Shown here one piece after another: positions 19,056 to 27,749 of a stretch of 31,272 nt of DNA. How positions within the stretch are numbered: position 1 is the first letter of the stretch; every line of letters begins with the position of its first letter. This stretch comes from Clostridiaceae bacterium. Its GTDB lineage: Bacteria; Bacillota; Clostridia; Oscillospirales; Acutalibacteraceae. Location: positions 1 to 31,272 of the forward strand of contig CAJGBX010000001.1 of assembly GCA_904501685.1 (NCBI GenBank). Direction: 5' to 3'. A model generated the notes under the pieces. That model did not search any database. It was not told where the DNA came from and was given only the letters and a program-made list of their open reading frames with translations. A program made the position numbers and the translations under genes.

Positions 19056-19790
19056 TTACTTATTTTTATTTATAATGATTTCGGTAGGCTCACTGCCGTC
19101 AAGCGGAATCTGACGGACAAATAACGAAACCTTATTATCCTCATTCAAATTGTTCCAGCAAATATCTGCCAATTCTTGAGCGGTATTGGGCATAGCTACC
19201 TCTTCCGGCTCACCCATAAAGGACGGAATCGGATTACCGTCTTGACGGTAGGTATGAATAAAGTGACCGATACCGTCTAAGGGCATATATTCATAAAAAT
19301 ATCTCTGGCAAGCATTAGGGTCACCGTTATTGCTTTTTAAGATAGACATTTTGTAGACGAATGTATTTCTCGGGAAGCAATAGTAAAGGATACCCGAAAT
19401 ACGTGGTGTAAAGTTAGGCGCATCATCCTCAAACTCTCGGATACGAAGACCGTCCTCAAAGCCGTGCACAGTACCCGACTCGCCGTTAACATAATCGTAA
19501 ATGGTGTCGGTCTGGTCACCGTTAGTGATTATGTCAACCAAACCGCCCTTGGCCTTTAAATAAGGATTATAAATAATCAAATGCGGGTCGGTCAATTTTG
19601 ACTCATCAAAAGCCTTGGTACGCATACCTTTTTCGTGCATTTCAAATACACGGTTGCGGCTGTTAACACTGCGTCCCATGATAAAGTAGGCAATCATGGC
19701 CGACTTGCCGTCAGCCGACTTGCCGATAACGATACCGCGACCCGGATATGTATTTTCCGATAAAAGTTTACTTAAATCATAAAGTGCCAT
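19056..19790 (-). CDS. purO: IMP cyclohydrolase-like protein (archaeal PurO-related)
   Basis: YPGRGIVIG, AYFIMGRSxNSRNR, LIIYN, TNGDQTD, FEDDAPNFTPRISG, FIHTY; adjacent to the truncated purH. Confidence 0.82.
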   Translation of the reverse strand: MALYDLSKLLSENTYPGRGIVIGKSADGKSAMIAYFIMGRSVNSRNRVFEMHEKGMRTKAFDESKLTDPHLIIYNPYLKAKGGLVDIITNGDQTDTIYDYVNGESGTVHGFEDGLRIREFEDDAPNFTPRISGILYYCFPRNTFVYKMSILKSNNGDPNACQRYFYEYMPLDGIGHFIHTYRQDGNPIPSFMGEPEEVAMPNTAQELADICWNNLNEDNKVSLFVRQIPLDGSEPTEIIINKNK

Positions 19791-19794
19791 TTTC

Positions 19795-20400
19795 CTACTT
19801 ACCTTTCATAATTTCACTAGCTACAATTTCGGCAGCCTTTGGCAGAAGCTTCCATTCAGCCTCTTCCATTACTCTTTTCTGCAAAACCTCAGGCGTGTCA
19901 CCGTCTTTAATTTCAACTGCCCTTTGCAGTATTATTTTCCCGCCGTCGGGAATTTCATTTACAAAGTGCACTGTAGCACCGGTAACCTTAACGCCGTATT
20001 CCAAAGCGGCTTCGTGAACCCTTAATCCGTAAAAGCCTTTGCCGCAAAAAGACGGAATTAGTGCCGGATGAACATTTATTATTCTATTGGGGTATTTTTT
20101 AGTAAAATTCTCACTCAAAATACTCATAAAACCGGCAAGAACAATAAAATCAATGTCATATTGGTCTAAAACCGCGATAATTCCCTGCTCGAACTCATCC
20201 TGCGTTTTGCAAGCCTTACGCTCTACCACAACAGTAGGAATATCAGCCTTTGCGGCCCTTTCAAGTGCAAATACACCCGGCTTTGAAGAAATAACAACGG
20301 CAATTTCACCGCTTTGAATTACATTTCCCTGTGCATCAATAAGTGCCTGCAGGTTTGTACCGCCGCCAGAAACGAAAACTGCTATTTTAGCCTTTTTCAT
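19795..20400 (-). CDS. purN: Phosphoribosylglycinamide formyltransferase
   Basis: VSGGGTNLQA, LAGFM, INVHPALIP, GATVHFV, DGGKII. Confidence 0.96.
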   Translation of the reverse strand: MKKAKIAVFVSGGGTNLQALIDAQGNVIQSGEIAVVISSKPGVFALERAAKADIPTVVVERKACKTQDEFEQGIIAVLDQYDIDFIVLAGFMSILSENFTKKYPNRIINVHPALIPSFCGKGFYGLRVHEAALEYGVKVTGATVHFVNEIPDGGKIILQRAVEIKDGDTPEVLQKRVMEEAEWKLLPKAAEIVASEIMKGK

Positions 20401-21446
20401 TACTCGAGCACCACGCCTTCGTCACCCTTAATGATTTCACCGATAACATAGGCGTTCTCACCCATATCACGCAAAATTGAGAGTGCCTTTTCTACCTCAG
20501 CAGCAGGTACGACAACGCTCATACCAACACCCATATTATAGGTGTTAAACATATCACGCTCGGGAATATTGCCGGTTTTCATAATCAAATCAAAAATCGG
20601 CAATACCTTAACTGATGACTTGTCAATCTTGGCCGAAAGACCCTTAGGAATAGAACGGGGAATATTTTCATAAAAACCGCCGCCGGTAATATGGGAAATA
20701 CCCTTAACATCAACACTTTCCAACAGCTTCAAAATGCTCTTAACATAAATCTTAGTAGGAGTGAGCAAGGTTTCTGCGATACTCTTACCTCCCAGATCGG
20801 CGTTAGGAACATAAAGAGAGTCAGGATTGTTGTCAATATCGAAAACCTTACGGCAAAGTGAGAAACCGTTTGAATGGACACCGGTAGAAGCCAAGGCTAT
20901 AACAACGTCACCCTCAGCCATTCTTGTGTTATCAAGAATCTTTTTCTTATCAACAACACCCACTGCAAAGCCTGCGAGGTCATATTCCTCCTCGGGCATC
21001 ATTTTCGGATGCTCAGCAGTTTCACCGCCGATTAAAGCGGCACCCGACTGAACACAGCCCTCGGCGACACCGCCAACGATAGCAGCAATTTTTTCGGGAA
21101 TATTTTTGCCGCAGGCAATATAATCAAGGAAAAACAAGGGTTTTGCTCCGCAGCAAATAATATCGTTAACACACATTGCAACGGCATCAATGCCTATAGT
21201 GTCGTGCTTGTCCATTAAAATTGCCATTTTAACCTTAGTACCGCAACCGTCGGTACCCGATACAAGCACCGGCTCCTCAATACCCTTAAGGTTAAGACCG
21301 AAGCAACCGCCAAAGCCACCTACATCGTCAAGGCAACCCTCATTTTTAGTACGGGCAATATGGCTCTTCATAAGTTCTACCGCACGGTAGCCTGCTGTAA
21401 TATCAACACCTGCGGCGGCGTAACTTTCTGATTTAGAGTTATTCAT
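20400..21446 (-). CDS. purM: Phosphoribosylformylglycinamidine cyclo-ligase (AIR synthetase)
   Basis: YAAAGVDI, GGFGG, GTDGCGTK, FFLDY, GGETAEHP, HSNGFSL, HITGGG, NMGVG; TAATG overlap with purN. Confidence 0.97.
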   Translation of the reverse strand: MNNSKSESYAAAGVDITAGYRAVELMKSHIARTKNEGCLDDVGGFGGCFGLNLKGIEEPVLVSGTDGCGTKVKMAILMDKHDTIGIDAVAMCVNDIICCGAKPLFFLDYIACGKNIPEKIAAIVGGVAEGCVQSGAALIGGETAEHPKMMPEEEYDLAGFAVGVVDKKKILDNTRMAEGDVVIALASTGVHSNGFSLCRKVFDIDNNPDSLYVPNADLGGKSIAETLLTPTKIYVKSILKLLESVDVKGISHITGGGFYENIPRSIPKGLSAKIDKSSVKVLPIFDLIMKTGNIPERDMFNTYNMGVGMSVVVPAAEVEKALSILRDMGENAYVIGEIIKGDEGVVLE

Positions 21447-21478
21447 AATCTGTATTTCCTTTCAATTTGAATTGTTTA

Positions 21479-22903
21479 TTATTCTTTACCGTTCCAACAG
21501 TAGGTACATAGCTTACAGGGTTCCAGACCGATTGCTTTAATAATTCCGTCCAATGACTGAAATTCAACCGACTTGAGATGCAATTCCTCACAAAGATATT
21601 CCCTAAGCTTTTTGCCTCTCTCGGTCGTGAAGTCACTGTACTCGTCAATGTACTTCAAGCCCTCTTCACCCTCGAGTGCTACAATACCACGGCGGCCAAT
21701 CAGCTCCATTTCGCTTGTAGCACGTGAAAAATTAAGGTATTTGCAGGAATACATAATTGGCGGACAAGCCGAACGCATATGAACTTCCTTAACGCCGTTT
21801 TCATAAAGAAAATCAATCGTTTCACGTATTTGCGTACCACGTACAATGGAATCGTCAACCAACAAAAGACTTTTATCCTTAATCAGCTCAGGCACCGGGA
21901 TTAGCTTCATTTTAGCAACACGGTTACGCTCCTGCTGACGTGTCGGAATAAAGCTTCTCGCCCAGGTAGGAGTATATTTGATAAATGCACGGGCATAAGG
22001 CTTATGGCTTTGATTGGCATAGCCGATTGCGTGAGGTGTACCCGAATCCGGAAGACCGCCGACGTAATCGACACCCTCTGCCTTTCCGCTTTCCTTATCG
22101 TGTTCAGCCATAATTGCACCGTTGCGATAACGCATAACCTCAACACTGACACCCTCATAGCTGGTGGTCGGGAATCCGTAATAGCTCCAAAGGAAGGAGC
22201 AGATTTTCATTTCCTTACCCGGCTCTGACAGTTGTTCAACACCGTCAACGGCGATCTTTACGATTTCGGCAGGACCCAAATCCCTAACCTTTTCGTAACC
22301 CATTTTCTCATAAGCAAACGATTCAAAGCTGACGCAGTGACCGTTTTCGCTCTTGCCGATTGACACCGGCAAGCGGCCTACCTTATCACGTGCAGCAAGA
22401 ATTGTACCGTCATCCTGCAAAATAAGTATTGAAGCAGTACCGACGATTTTTTCTTGAGCAAACTTGATACCGTCAACAATATTTTCCTTTTGATTAATGA
22501 GTGCGGCAATAAGTTCAACCGAGTTTACACCGCCGCCGGTCATAGCATCAAAATGACCGCCCGAATCGACAATATACTCATCAATCAGCTCCTTAGCGTT
22601 ATTTATAACACCGATAAAGCAGATTGCATATGTGCCGAAGCGTGAACGAATCAACAACGGCTGGGGCTCAAAATCACTGATACAGCCGATTGCCGAGCTT
22701 CCTCTCATTTCATTAAAAATATTATCAAACTTAGTTCTGAACGGTGAGTTTTGAATATTGTGAATTGTACGCTGTAAGCCAATTTCACTGTCGTACGCTG
22801 CCATACCGCCCCGATGGGTACCGAGGTGCGAATGATAGTCAGTACCGAAAAAGGTATCCGACATAGCATCGTGCTTGCTTACAACTCCGAAAAATCCTCC
22901 CAT
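21479..22903 (-). CDS. purF: Amidophosphoribosyltransferase-family protein with degenerate glutaminase domain
   Basis: PRPP loop LLVDDSIVRGT, PDSG, RSFI, and four Cys positioned as Fe-S ligands (CSF, CKY, CTYC); N-terminus is MGGFFG, with no Cys1. Confidence 0.9.
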   Translation of the reverse strand: MGGFFGVVSKHDAMSDTFFGTDYHSHLGTHRGGMAAYDSEIGLQRTIHNIQNSPFRTKFDNIFNEMRGSSAIGCISDFEPQPLLIRSRFGTYAICFIGVINNAKELIDEYIVDSGGHFDAMTGGGVNSVELIAALINQKENIVDGIKFAQEKIVGTASILILQDDGTILAARDKVGRLPVSIGKSENGHCVSFESFAYEKMGYEKVRDLGPAEIVKIAVDGVEQLSEPGKEMKICSFLWSYYGFPTTSYEGVSVEVMRYRNGAIMAEHDKESGKAEGVDYVGGLPDSGTPHAIGYANQSHKPYARAFIKYTPTWARSFIPTRQQERNRVAKMKLIPVPELIKDKSLLLVDDSIVRGTQIRETIDFLYENGVKEVHMRSACPPIMYSCKYLNFSRATSEMELIGRRGIVALEGEEGLKYIDEYSDFTTERGKKLREYLCEELHLKSVEFQSLDGIIKAIGLEPCKLCTYCWNGKE

Positions 22904-22950
22904 TTTTACACTTTCCTCTCTGAATTTAGGGTGGAATAACTTAATGTTTA

Positions 22951-23442
22951 TCAGTTGAATCTTTCCTCAACTGCTTTGTTTGCAGCAAGCACCTTTGCCT
23001 GACCCTTAGCTCTTGCTTCATCGAGCCTTGCAGCTAAGGTATCATCGGTGATTGCCAACATCTCAATACACAGCAAGGCGGCATTGACAGCACCGTCAAT
23101 CGCAACAGTTGCTACCGGCATACCGGAGGGCATCTGAACAGTTGAATAAAGTGCATCAACACCGTCTAAATTTTTTGATTTTACAGGAATACCGACTATC
23201 GGTAAGGTGGTTCTCGCTGCTAAGGCACCTGCCAGGTGAGCCGCCATACCTGCTGCGGCAATAATTGCACCAAAGCCGTTGGCTCTTGCGTTCATAGCAA
23301 AATCAGCAGCCTGGTCGGGTGTGCGGTGAGCCGAAAAAACGTGCACCTCGCACGGCACACCGTATTCCTTTAAGGTATTTACAGCCTTTTCAACTACAGG
23401 CAAATCACTGTCACTACCCATAATAACGCCAATTTTTTTCAT
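22951..23442 (-). CDS. purE: N5-CAIR mutase / AIR carboxylase PurE
   Basis: IMGSDSDL, SAHRTP, AGMAAHL, STVQMPSGMPVATV, NAAL. Confidence 0.97.
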   Translation of the reverse strand: MKKIGVIMGSDSDLPVVEKAVNTLKEYGVPCEVHVFSAHRTPDQAADFAMNARANGFGAIIAAAGMAAHLAGALAARTTLPIVGIPVKSKNLDGVDALYSTVQMPSGMPVATVAIDGAVNAALLCIEMLAITDDTLAARLDEARAKGQAKVLAANKAVEERFN

Positions 23443-23465
23443 CTAAAAAACCTCCTAAACTTCAC

Positions 23466-23517
23466 AAAAAAACAGAAAGACAGACTACCGCCTAAGAAAA
23501 AAAGCGATAATCTGCCC
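23466..23517 (-). terminator. Riboswitch-controlled intrinsic terminator (expression platform)
   Basis: GGGCAGAUUAUCGC…GCGGUAGUCUGUCU followed by UUCUGUUUUUUU; the 5' arm overlaps the aptamer's P3 3' strand. Confidence 0.85.
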
Positions 23518-23587
23518 AGACGGTCGGCATTATATGATCTCACGTTCCCCCTATGTTAATTCATAGTTCCGTCAGTCGCGTGAAACC
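23513..23587 (-). ncRNA. ZTP/ZMP riboswitch (pfl motif)
   Basis: P1 GGUUUCACG/CGUGAGAUC, J1/2 CGACUGACGGAA, P2 CUAUG/CAUAG, GGGGAA, P3 GCC-GACCGUCUG-GGC; pseudoknot GACGG/CCGUC; located upstream of purine/folate genes. Confidence 0.93.
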
Positions 23588-23597
23588 TAACAAAAAA

Positions 23598-23626
23598 AGT
23601 ATACCAAAAAGCTCGTATTTTGTCAA
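23598..23626 (-). promoter_or_regulatory. Sigma-A promoter of the riboswitch/pur operon
   Basis: TTGACA-N17-TATACT, about 10 nt before P1. Confidence 0.85.
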
Positions 23627-23839
23627 CGCTGAAATGCTCTAAATTTTATATGTTACTTATTATTTTTGAAATTTTTATTTACATCTTCAGCACCGGTCAG
23701 TGAATAGCTTAACATAATCAATTCTTGTAACGTTGTTATGTCAACATCGTTCTCCAAAACAACCGGAATCCGGTAATATTTATTTATATACCAAGCAGTA
23801 ATAATTTAAAAATCAAGGTTGTTACAACATCAATCAATA

Positions 23840-23876
23840 ACAGCAACCGCACTGAAATTGCAGTGCGGTTGCTGTG
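23840..23876 (-). terminator. Terminator hairpin downstream of the asparagine synthetase
   Basis: ACAGCAACCGCACTG-N6-CAGTGCGGTTGCTGT perfect 15-bp stem next to the stop codon; the U tract is weak (UUAUUG). Confidence 0.8.
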
Positions 23877-23878
23877 GT

Positions 23879-25702
23879 TTATATATCAAATTTTACGCCG
23901 TATTTTTCAACCCAATAATCAAACTGTACAAGCCACGCAATCAGCTGAGGTGTTGACATAAGCTGACCGAACCAGGTTCTATCCTCACCCGATAGTACAT
24001 CTTTTAAAACTTCCCTTTCCAAAACCTCAGACAGAATTCCGCCCTTTTCCAAGCAGGATTTCAACATTCCGGTAACCTTTTCCCGGTACTTTGGATTATG
24101 CGTTTTAGGATACGGACTTTTCTTTCGCCATAGTATTTTTTCAGGCAAATATTTAGTCATCGCATTACGCAAAAGTGCCTTTTCTACGCCGTTTTCAAAC
24201 TTAATTTCCCACGGTACATTATACACATATTCCAAAATTCTATGGTCGGCAAACGGTACCCTGACCTCAAGTCCTGAATACATACTCATACGGTCCTTAC
24301 GTTCTAAAAGCGAGGTCATAAAGTAACCTACCGAAAGCACTGTTGCAATACGTGAGGTACGCATACTTTCACTGTCATACGGCAGTGTAGAACAATCGGA
24401 TATGATTTTTTTATACTCATTTGACAACACATCAAAGCCCTCATCAGCTTTAACAAAATTCTTGTTAAACAGGCTAGCTCTTTGCATGGGCTCGTGTATC
24501 CAGGGGAAGAAATCACGATACAGCATTTCGGGTCGGTAGAACCACGGATAACCGCCGAAAACCTCATCCGAACACTCACCCGAAAGTGCTACTGTATGGT
24601 GCTTTTTAACCTTACTGCAAAAATATAAAAGTGAGGAATCAATATCTGCCTGACCGGGAAAATCCCTTGCTTCGGTTGCCGGAATCAAACACTCGGCTAT
24701 TTCATTATTCGGCGCTGTCAAAACCGTATGGTCGGTCATCAGCCAACGAGCCAAATATCTTGCGAAATCGTCATCTCCCTGAGGCTGAAATAATGACTGC
24801 TTAAAGCTGTCGCGGTTACCTTCATATTCAAAAGAATATGTTGCTAAGGTTTTGCCCTTGCTTCGGTACCCCTCAGCCGCCAGAGCTGTCAACACCGAAG
24901 AATCAAGTCCGCCCGACAAAAATGTACACAACGGCACATCACTGACGGTTTGACGCCGAACGGCATCATAAAGCAGCTCACCTACCACGCTTTGTGCCGT
25001 TTTAGCATCACCATAAAACGGCTTCGCCTCTAATTTCCAATATTTCCAAGCCTTTAAGCCGTTATCGGTCACTACAGCACACTGTGCCGGCTTTAGTTCC
25101 TTAATATCACGAAAAACTCCGCTTCCAGACAATGTAACCGGACTTAAAAATACCAGCTGCCAAAGACCTGTATTATCCACCTTTCGGCTCACCTTCGGAT
25201 GCTCAAGCAACGCCTTGATTTCGGATGCAAACAAAAAAGTACTGCCTAAAAACGTATAGAAAAATGGCTTGACACCCATTCGGTCACGTGCCAAAAACAC
25301 CCTGCGGTCGGTTATATCATAAACTGCGAATGCGAAAATACCGTTAAGATATTTAGGACATTCATCACCGTAAATAATATAACTCCACAGTACAGTTTCG
25401 GTATCGCAGTTAGTCTTAAACTCAGCACCGTACTCCTTTAAATCGGTACGCAATTCGGGCGAATTATAAATCTCACCGTTATAAATTATTACATATTCCT
25501 TACCCTTAAACACTGCCTTCATAGGCTGAGCACCGTTTTTCGGGTCCATAACGCTTAGTCGGTTATGACAAAAGGCCACTGTTTCATCACTGAAGCTTCC
25601 CGATGCATCAGGACCTCGCACCTTCATTGTAGCACTCATTTTTTCGCACAAAACGGCATTTGGACGTTCCTTAAAATCAATCATTCCGCAAATCGAACAC
25701 AT
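23879..25702 (-). CDS. asnB: Asparagine synthase (glutamine-hydrolysing), AsnO-like
   Basis: N-terminal Cys (MCSICG), RGPD, YNGEIYN, ARDRMGVKP, LSGGLDSS, SGECSDEVFGGYPWF, RKDRMSM, KKSPYPKTH. Confidence 0.93.
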   Translation of the reverse strand: MCSICGMIDFKERPNAVLCEKMSATMKVRGPDASGSFSDETVAFCHNRLSVMDPKNGAQPMKAVFKGKEYVIIYNGEIYNSPELRTDLKEYGAEFKTNCDTETVLWSYIIYGDECPKYLNGIFAFAVYDITDRRVFLARDRMGVKPFFYTFLGSTFLFASEIKALLEHPKVSRKVDNTGLWQLVFLSPVTLSGSGVFRDIKELKPAQCAVVTDNGLKAWKYWKLEAKPFYGDAKTAQSVVGELLYDAVRRQTVSDVPLCTFLSGGLDSSVLTALAAEGYRSKGKTLATYSFEYEGNRDSFKQSLFQPQGDDDFARYLARWLMTDHTVLTAPNNEIAECLIPATEARDFPGQADIDSSLLYFCSKVKKHHTVALSGECSDEVFGGYPWFYRPEMLYRDFFPWIHEPMQRASLFNKNFVKADEGFDVLSNEYKKIISDCSTLPYDSESMRTSRIATVLSVGYFMTSLLERKDRMSMYSGLEVRVPFADHRILEYVYNVPWEIKFENGVEKALLRNAMTKYLPEKILWRKKSPYPKTHNPKYREKVTGMLKSCLEKGGILSEVLEREVLKDVLSGEDRTWFGQLMSTPQLIAWLVQFDYWVEKYGVKFDI

Positions 25703-25741
25703 AAAATCACTCCGAAATAAAATAATTTAAACATCAATATT

Positions 25742-25770
25742 ATTGTATGCCGAAAAATACTTGAATTTGC
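25742..25770 (-). promoter_or_regulatory. Putative sigma-E (sporulation) promoter for the asparagine synthetase
   Basis: GCAAATT-N14-CATACAAT; perfect SigE-type -10 and a -35 with one mismatch to the B. subtilis consensus. Confidence 0.55.
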
Positions 25771-25826
25771 TTGATTTTATGCAATAATTATGATATATTT
25801 CGTCCGATGATATAATTTTAAAAAGC

Positions 25827-25863
25827 AAAAACGCTTGTGAGCCATAAAGCTCACAAGCGTTTT
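25827..25863. terminator. Intrinsic terminator after the Na/Pi cotransporter
   Basis: AAAACGCTTGTGAGC-cataaa-GCTCACAAGCGTTTT. Confidence 0.9.
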
Positions 25864-25878
25864 ATTTTAAATATTCAA

Positions 25879-27636
25879 TTAAGCCTTAAGCGAAAACTTA
25901 CGGGAATATTCCTCATAGCTTCTGGTGTAGGCGCTATTCGGGTCAATCTTAACGCTGTTTAGGTATTCATGTGCCTCAAAAGTACCGTGGCGCGACTCAA
26001 TAATAGCAACTGCAATATTAGAACAATGGTCCGAAACACGCTCGTAATTGGTAAGCAAATCGGTCAAAACAAAGCCTAATTCGATTGTGCAGTTACCGTG
26101 CTGCAGACGGCGAACATGACGGCTCTTAATATCGGCAATTATTCCGTCAATAACCTGCTCTAACGGCTCGACGGTAGCAGCCAAATTCAAATCGTTATTA
26201 CGGAAGGCCTCGGTAGTAATCTCCAGAATTTCCTTAGTTGCTTCTTTAAGCTTTTCTATTTCAAAGCTTGCCTCATGTGAGAATTGAATCTGCTTTTCGT
26301 GCATTTCACGGGCAACACCAACCAAATTTTCTGCATGGTCACCGATACGTTCAAAATCGTTAATCGAATGTAAAATACGGGCAATTTTTTTAGAGTCGGA
26401 TTCCGAAGCGCCGGTAGCAGAAAGTCTTACCATATATGTACCGAGCTGATCCTCATAATTATCCAACTGAGTTTCCATGCCGCTAACCTCAGCGGCAACC
26501 TCATCATTATAATTGCCGATAGCGGAAATTGCTTTATTAAATGCATTTTTAGAAATCTCTGCCATTTCTACTACAACATCCAAAGCGTTGGTAACAGCAA
26601 ACGAAGGAACAGTCAACAAACGCTCGTCCAAAAGCTTACCCTTGCTTTCACTTTCCTTTTCGGGGACAAATAAGTTAGCCAATTTTTCAAGCTGCTTAGC
26701 AGCCGGAAACAAAACCAAAGTGGTAAAGAAATTAAAAATACTGTGCACTATTGCAATTGCAAACGGACTGATTTTATAATCAAGTGCAGCAATATCAACA
26801 ACATAGCTTAAAATACAAAACGGAACAAGGCAAATCAAGGTGCCTATAATATTAAACGCCATATGAACAACGGCAACTTTTTTGGCATTACGGCTAACGC
26901 CGATACTCGAAATAACCGCTGTTACACAAGTACCGATATTTTGTCCCATAATAATTGGAATTGCCATACGGTAGGTTACACCGCCGGTTAAGGCAGCAGT
27001 CTGCAAAATACCGACCGATGCCGCCGAGGACTGAATAATACCGGTAAATACTGCACCGAAGGCTACTGCCAAGAACGGATTCTCAAATGCAGTCAAAAGA
27101 CTTGTAAAGCCTTCCTTTTTGGTCAACGGCTCCATTGCATCCGACATTAAATTCATACCGAACATCAAAACTGCAAAGCCAACCAAAATCGAACCGATAT
27201 TTTTCTTTTTCTGTTTTTTGCTCATCATTATCATAATGATACCGACCAAAGCAAAAACCAGCGAGAAGTTCTTGGGTTTTAACAAGCTCATAAACAAACT
27301 GTCACCCTCTATACCTGCCAAGCTTAAAATCCATGCAGTAAGAGTTGTGCCTATATTGGAGCCCATTAAAACACCTATAGTTTGTCCAAACTGTAAAAGA
27401 CCCGAGTTAACAAGACCGACCAGCATAACGGTCAGGGCACTCGACGACTGAATTGCAATAGTAATTGCCGCACCGAAAACAAGTGCCAAAAACTTTTTAG
27501 AGGTAACCTTAATAAGCGTTTTTTCCAGCTTACCCTTGGCCATTTTTTCGAGGCCCGAGGACATAACATTCATTCCGTAAAGAAAAAAAGCAAGTCCGCC
27601 AAGTAAGGTTATTACTGCGAATACAACTTCATTCAT
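25879..27636 (-). CDS. Na/Pi cotransporter family protein with C-terminal PhoU domains
   Basis: Two QSS repeats (IQSSSA, IQSSAA), GSNIGTT/GQNIGT, PhoU-like DFERIGDH and YERVSDHCSNIA. Start ATG 27636 (MNEVV) after a GGGGAG SD. Confidence 0.93.
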   Translation of the reverse strand: MNEVVFAVITLLGGLAFFLYGMNVMSSGLEKMAKGKLEKTLIKVTSKKFLALVFGAAITIAIQSSSALTVMLVGLVNSGLLQFGQTIGVLMGSNIGTTLTAWILSLAGIEGDSLFMSLLKPKNFSLVFALVGIIMIMMSKKQKKKNIGSILVGFAVLMFGMNLMSDAMEPLTKKEGFTSLLTAFENPFLAVAFGAVFTGIIQSSAASVGILQTAALTGGVTYRMAIPIIMGQNIGTCVTAVISSIGVSRNAKKVAVVHMAFNIIGTLICLVPFCILSYVVDIAALDYKISPFAIAIVHSIFNFFTTLVLFPAAKQLEKLANLFVPEKESESKGKLLDERLLTVPSFAVTNALDVVVEMAEISKNAFNKAISAIGNYNDEVAAEVSGMETQLDNYEDQLGTYMVRLSATGASESDSKKIARILHSINDFERIGDHAENLVGVAREMHEKQIQFSHEASFEIEKLKEATKEILEITTEAFRNNDLNLAATVEPLEQVIDGIIADIKSRHVRRLQHGNCTIELGFVLTDLLTNYERVSDHCSNIAVAIIESRHGTFEAHEYLNSVKIDPNSAYTRSYEEYSRKFSLKA

Positions 27637-27669
27637 ATTCTCTTCTCCCCATTTTATATTCCTACGACA

Positions 27670-27726
27670 ATTATATACCAGCGACATAGAAAATCCAAGT
27701 GCTTCAATGTTAAATCTATGTTAAAT
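27670..27726 (-). promoter_or_regulatory. Promoter with Pho-box-like direct repeat upstream of the Na/Pi cotransporter
   Basis: Coding strand TTAACA-TAGAT-TTAACA (11-bp period), with TATAAT at 27675-27670. Confidence 0.72.
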
Positions 27727-27749
27727 TTTCCCAAATCCCTAGCCACCGT

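Noticed and set aside
11196..22645. Numerous 60-113 aa alternative-frame and antisense ORFs inside the pur-fhs operon
   Set aside because: Fully nested in well-conserved genes, with no recognisable motifs; expected from codon bias.
23443..23640. Guanine riboswitch or PurR PurBox control of the pur operon
   Set aside because: The leader is fully accounted for by the ZTP aptamer and terminator; no purine-aptamer core or convincing paired PurBoxes seen.
21479..25702. Asparagine synthetase acting as the glutaminase partner of the Cys-less PurF
   Set aside because: Separated by a terminator and a separate promoter and apparently under different (SigE-like) control; adjacency alone is not evidence.
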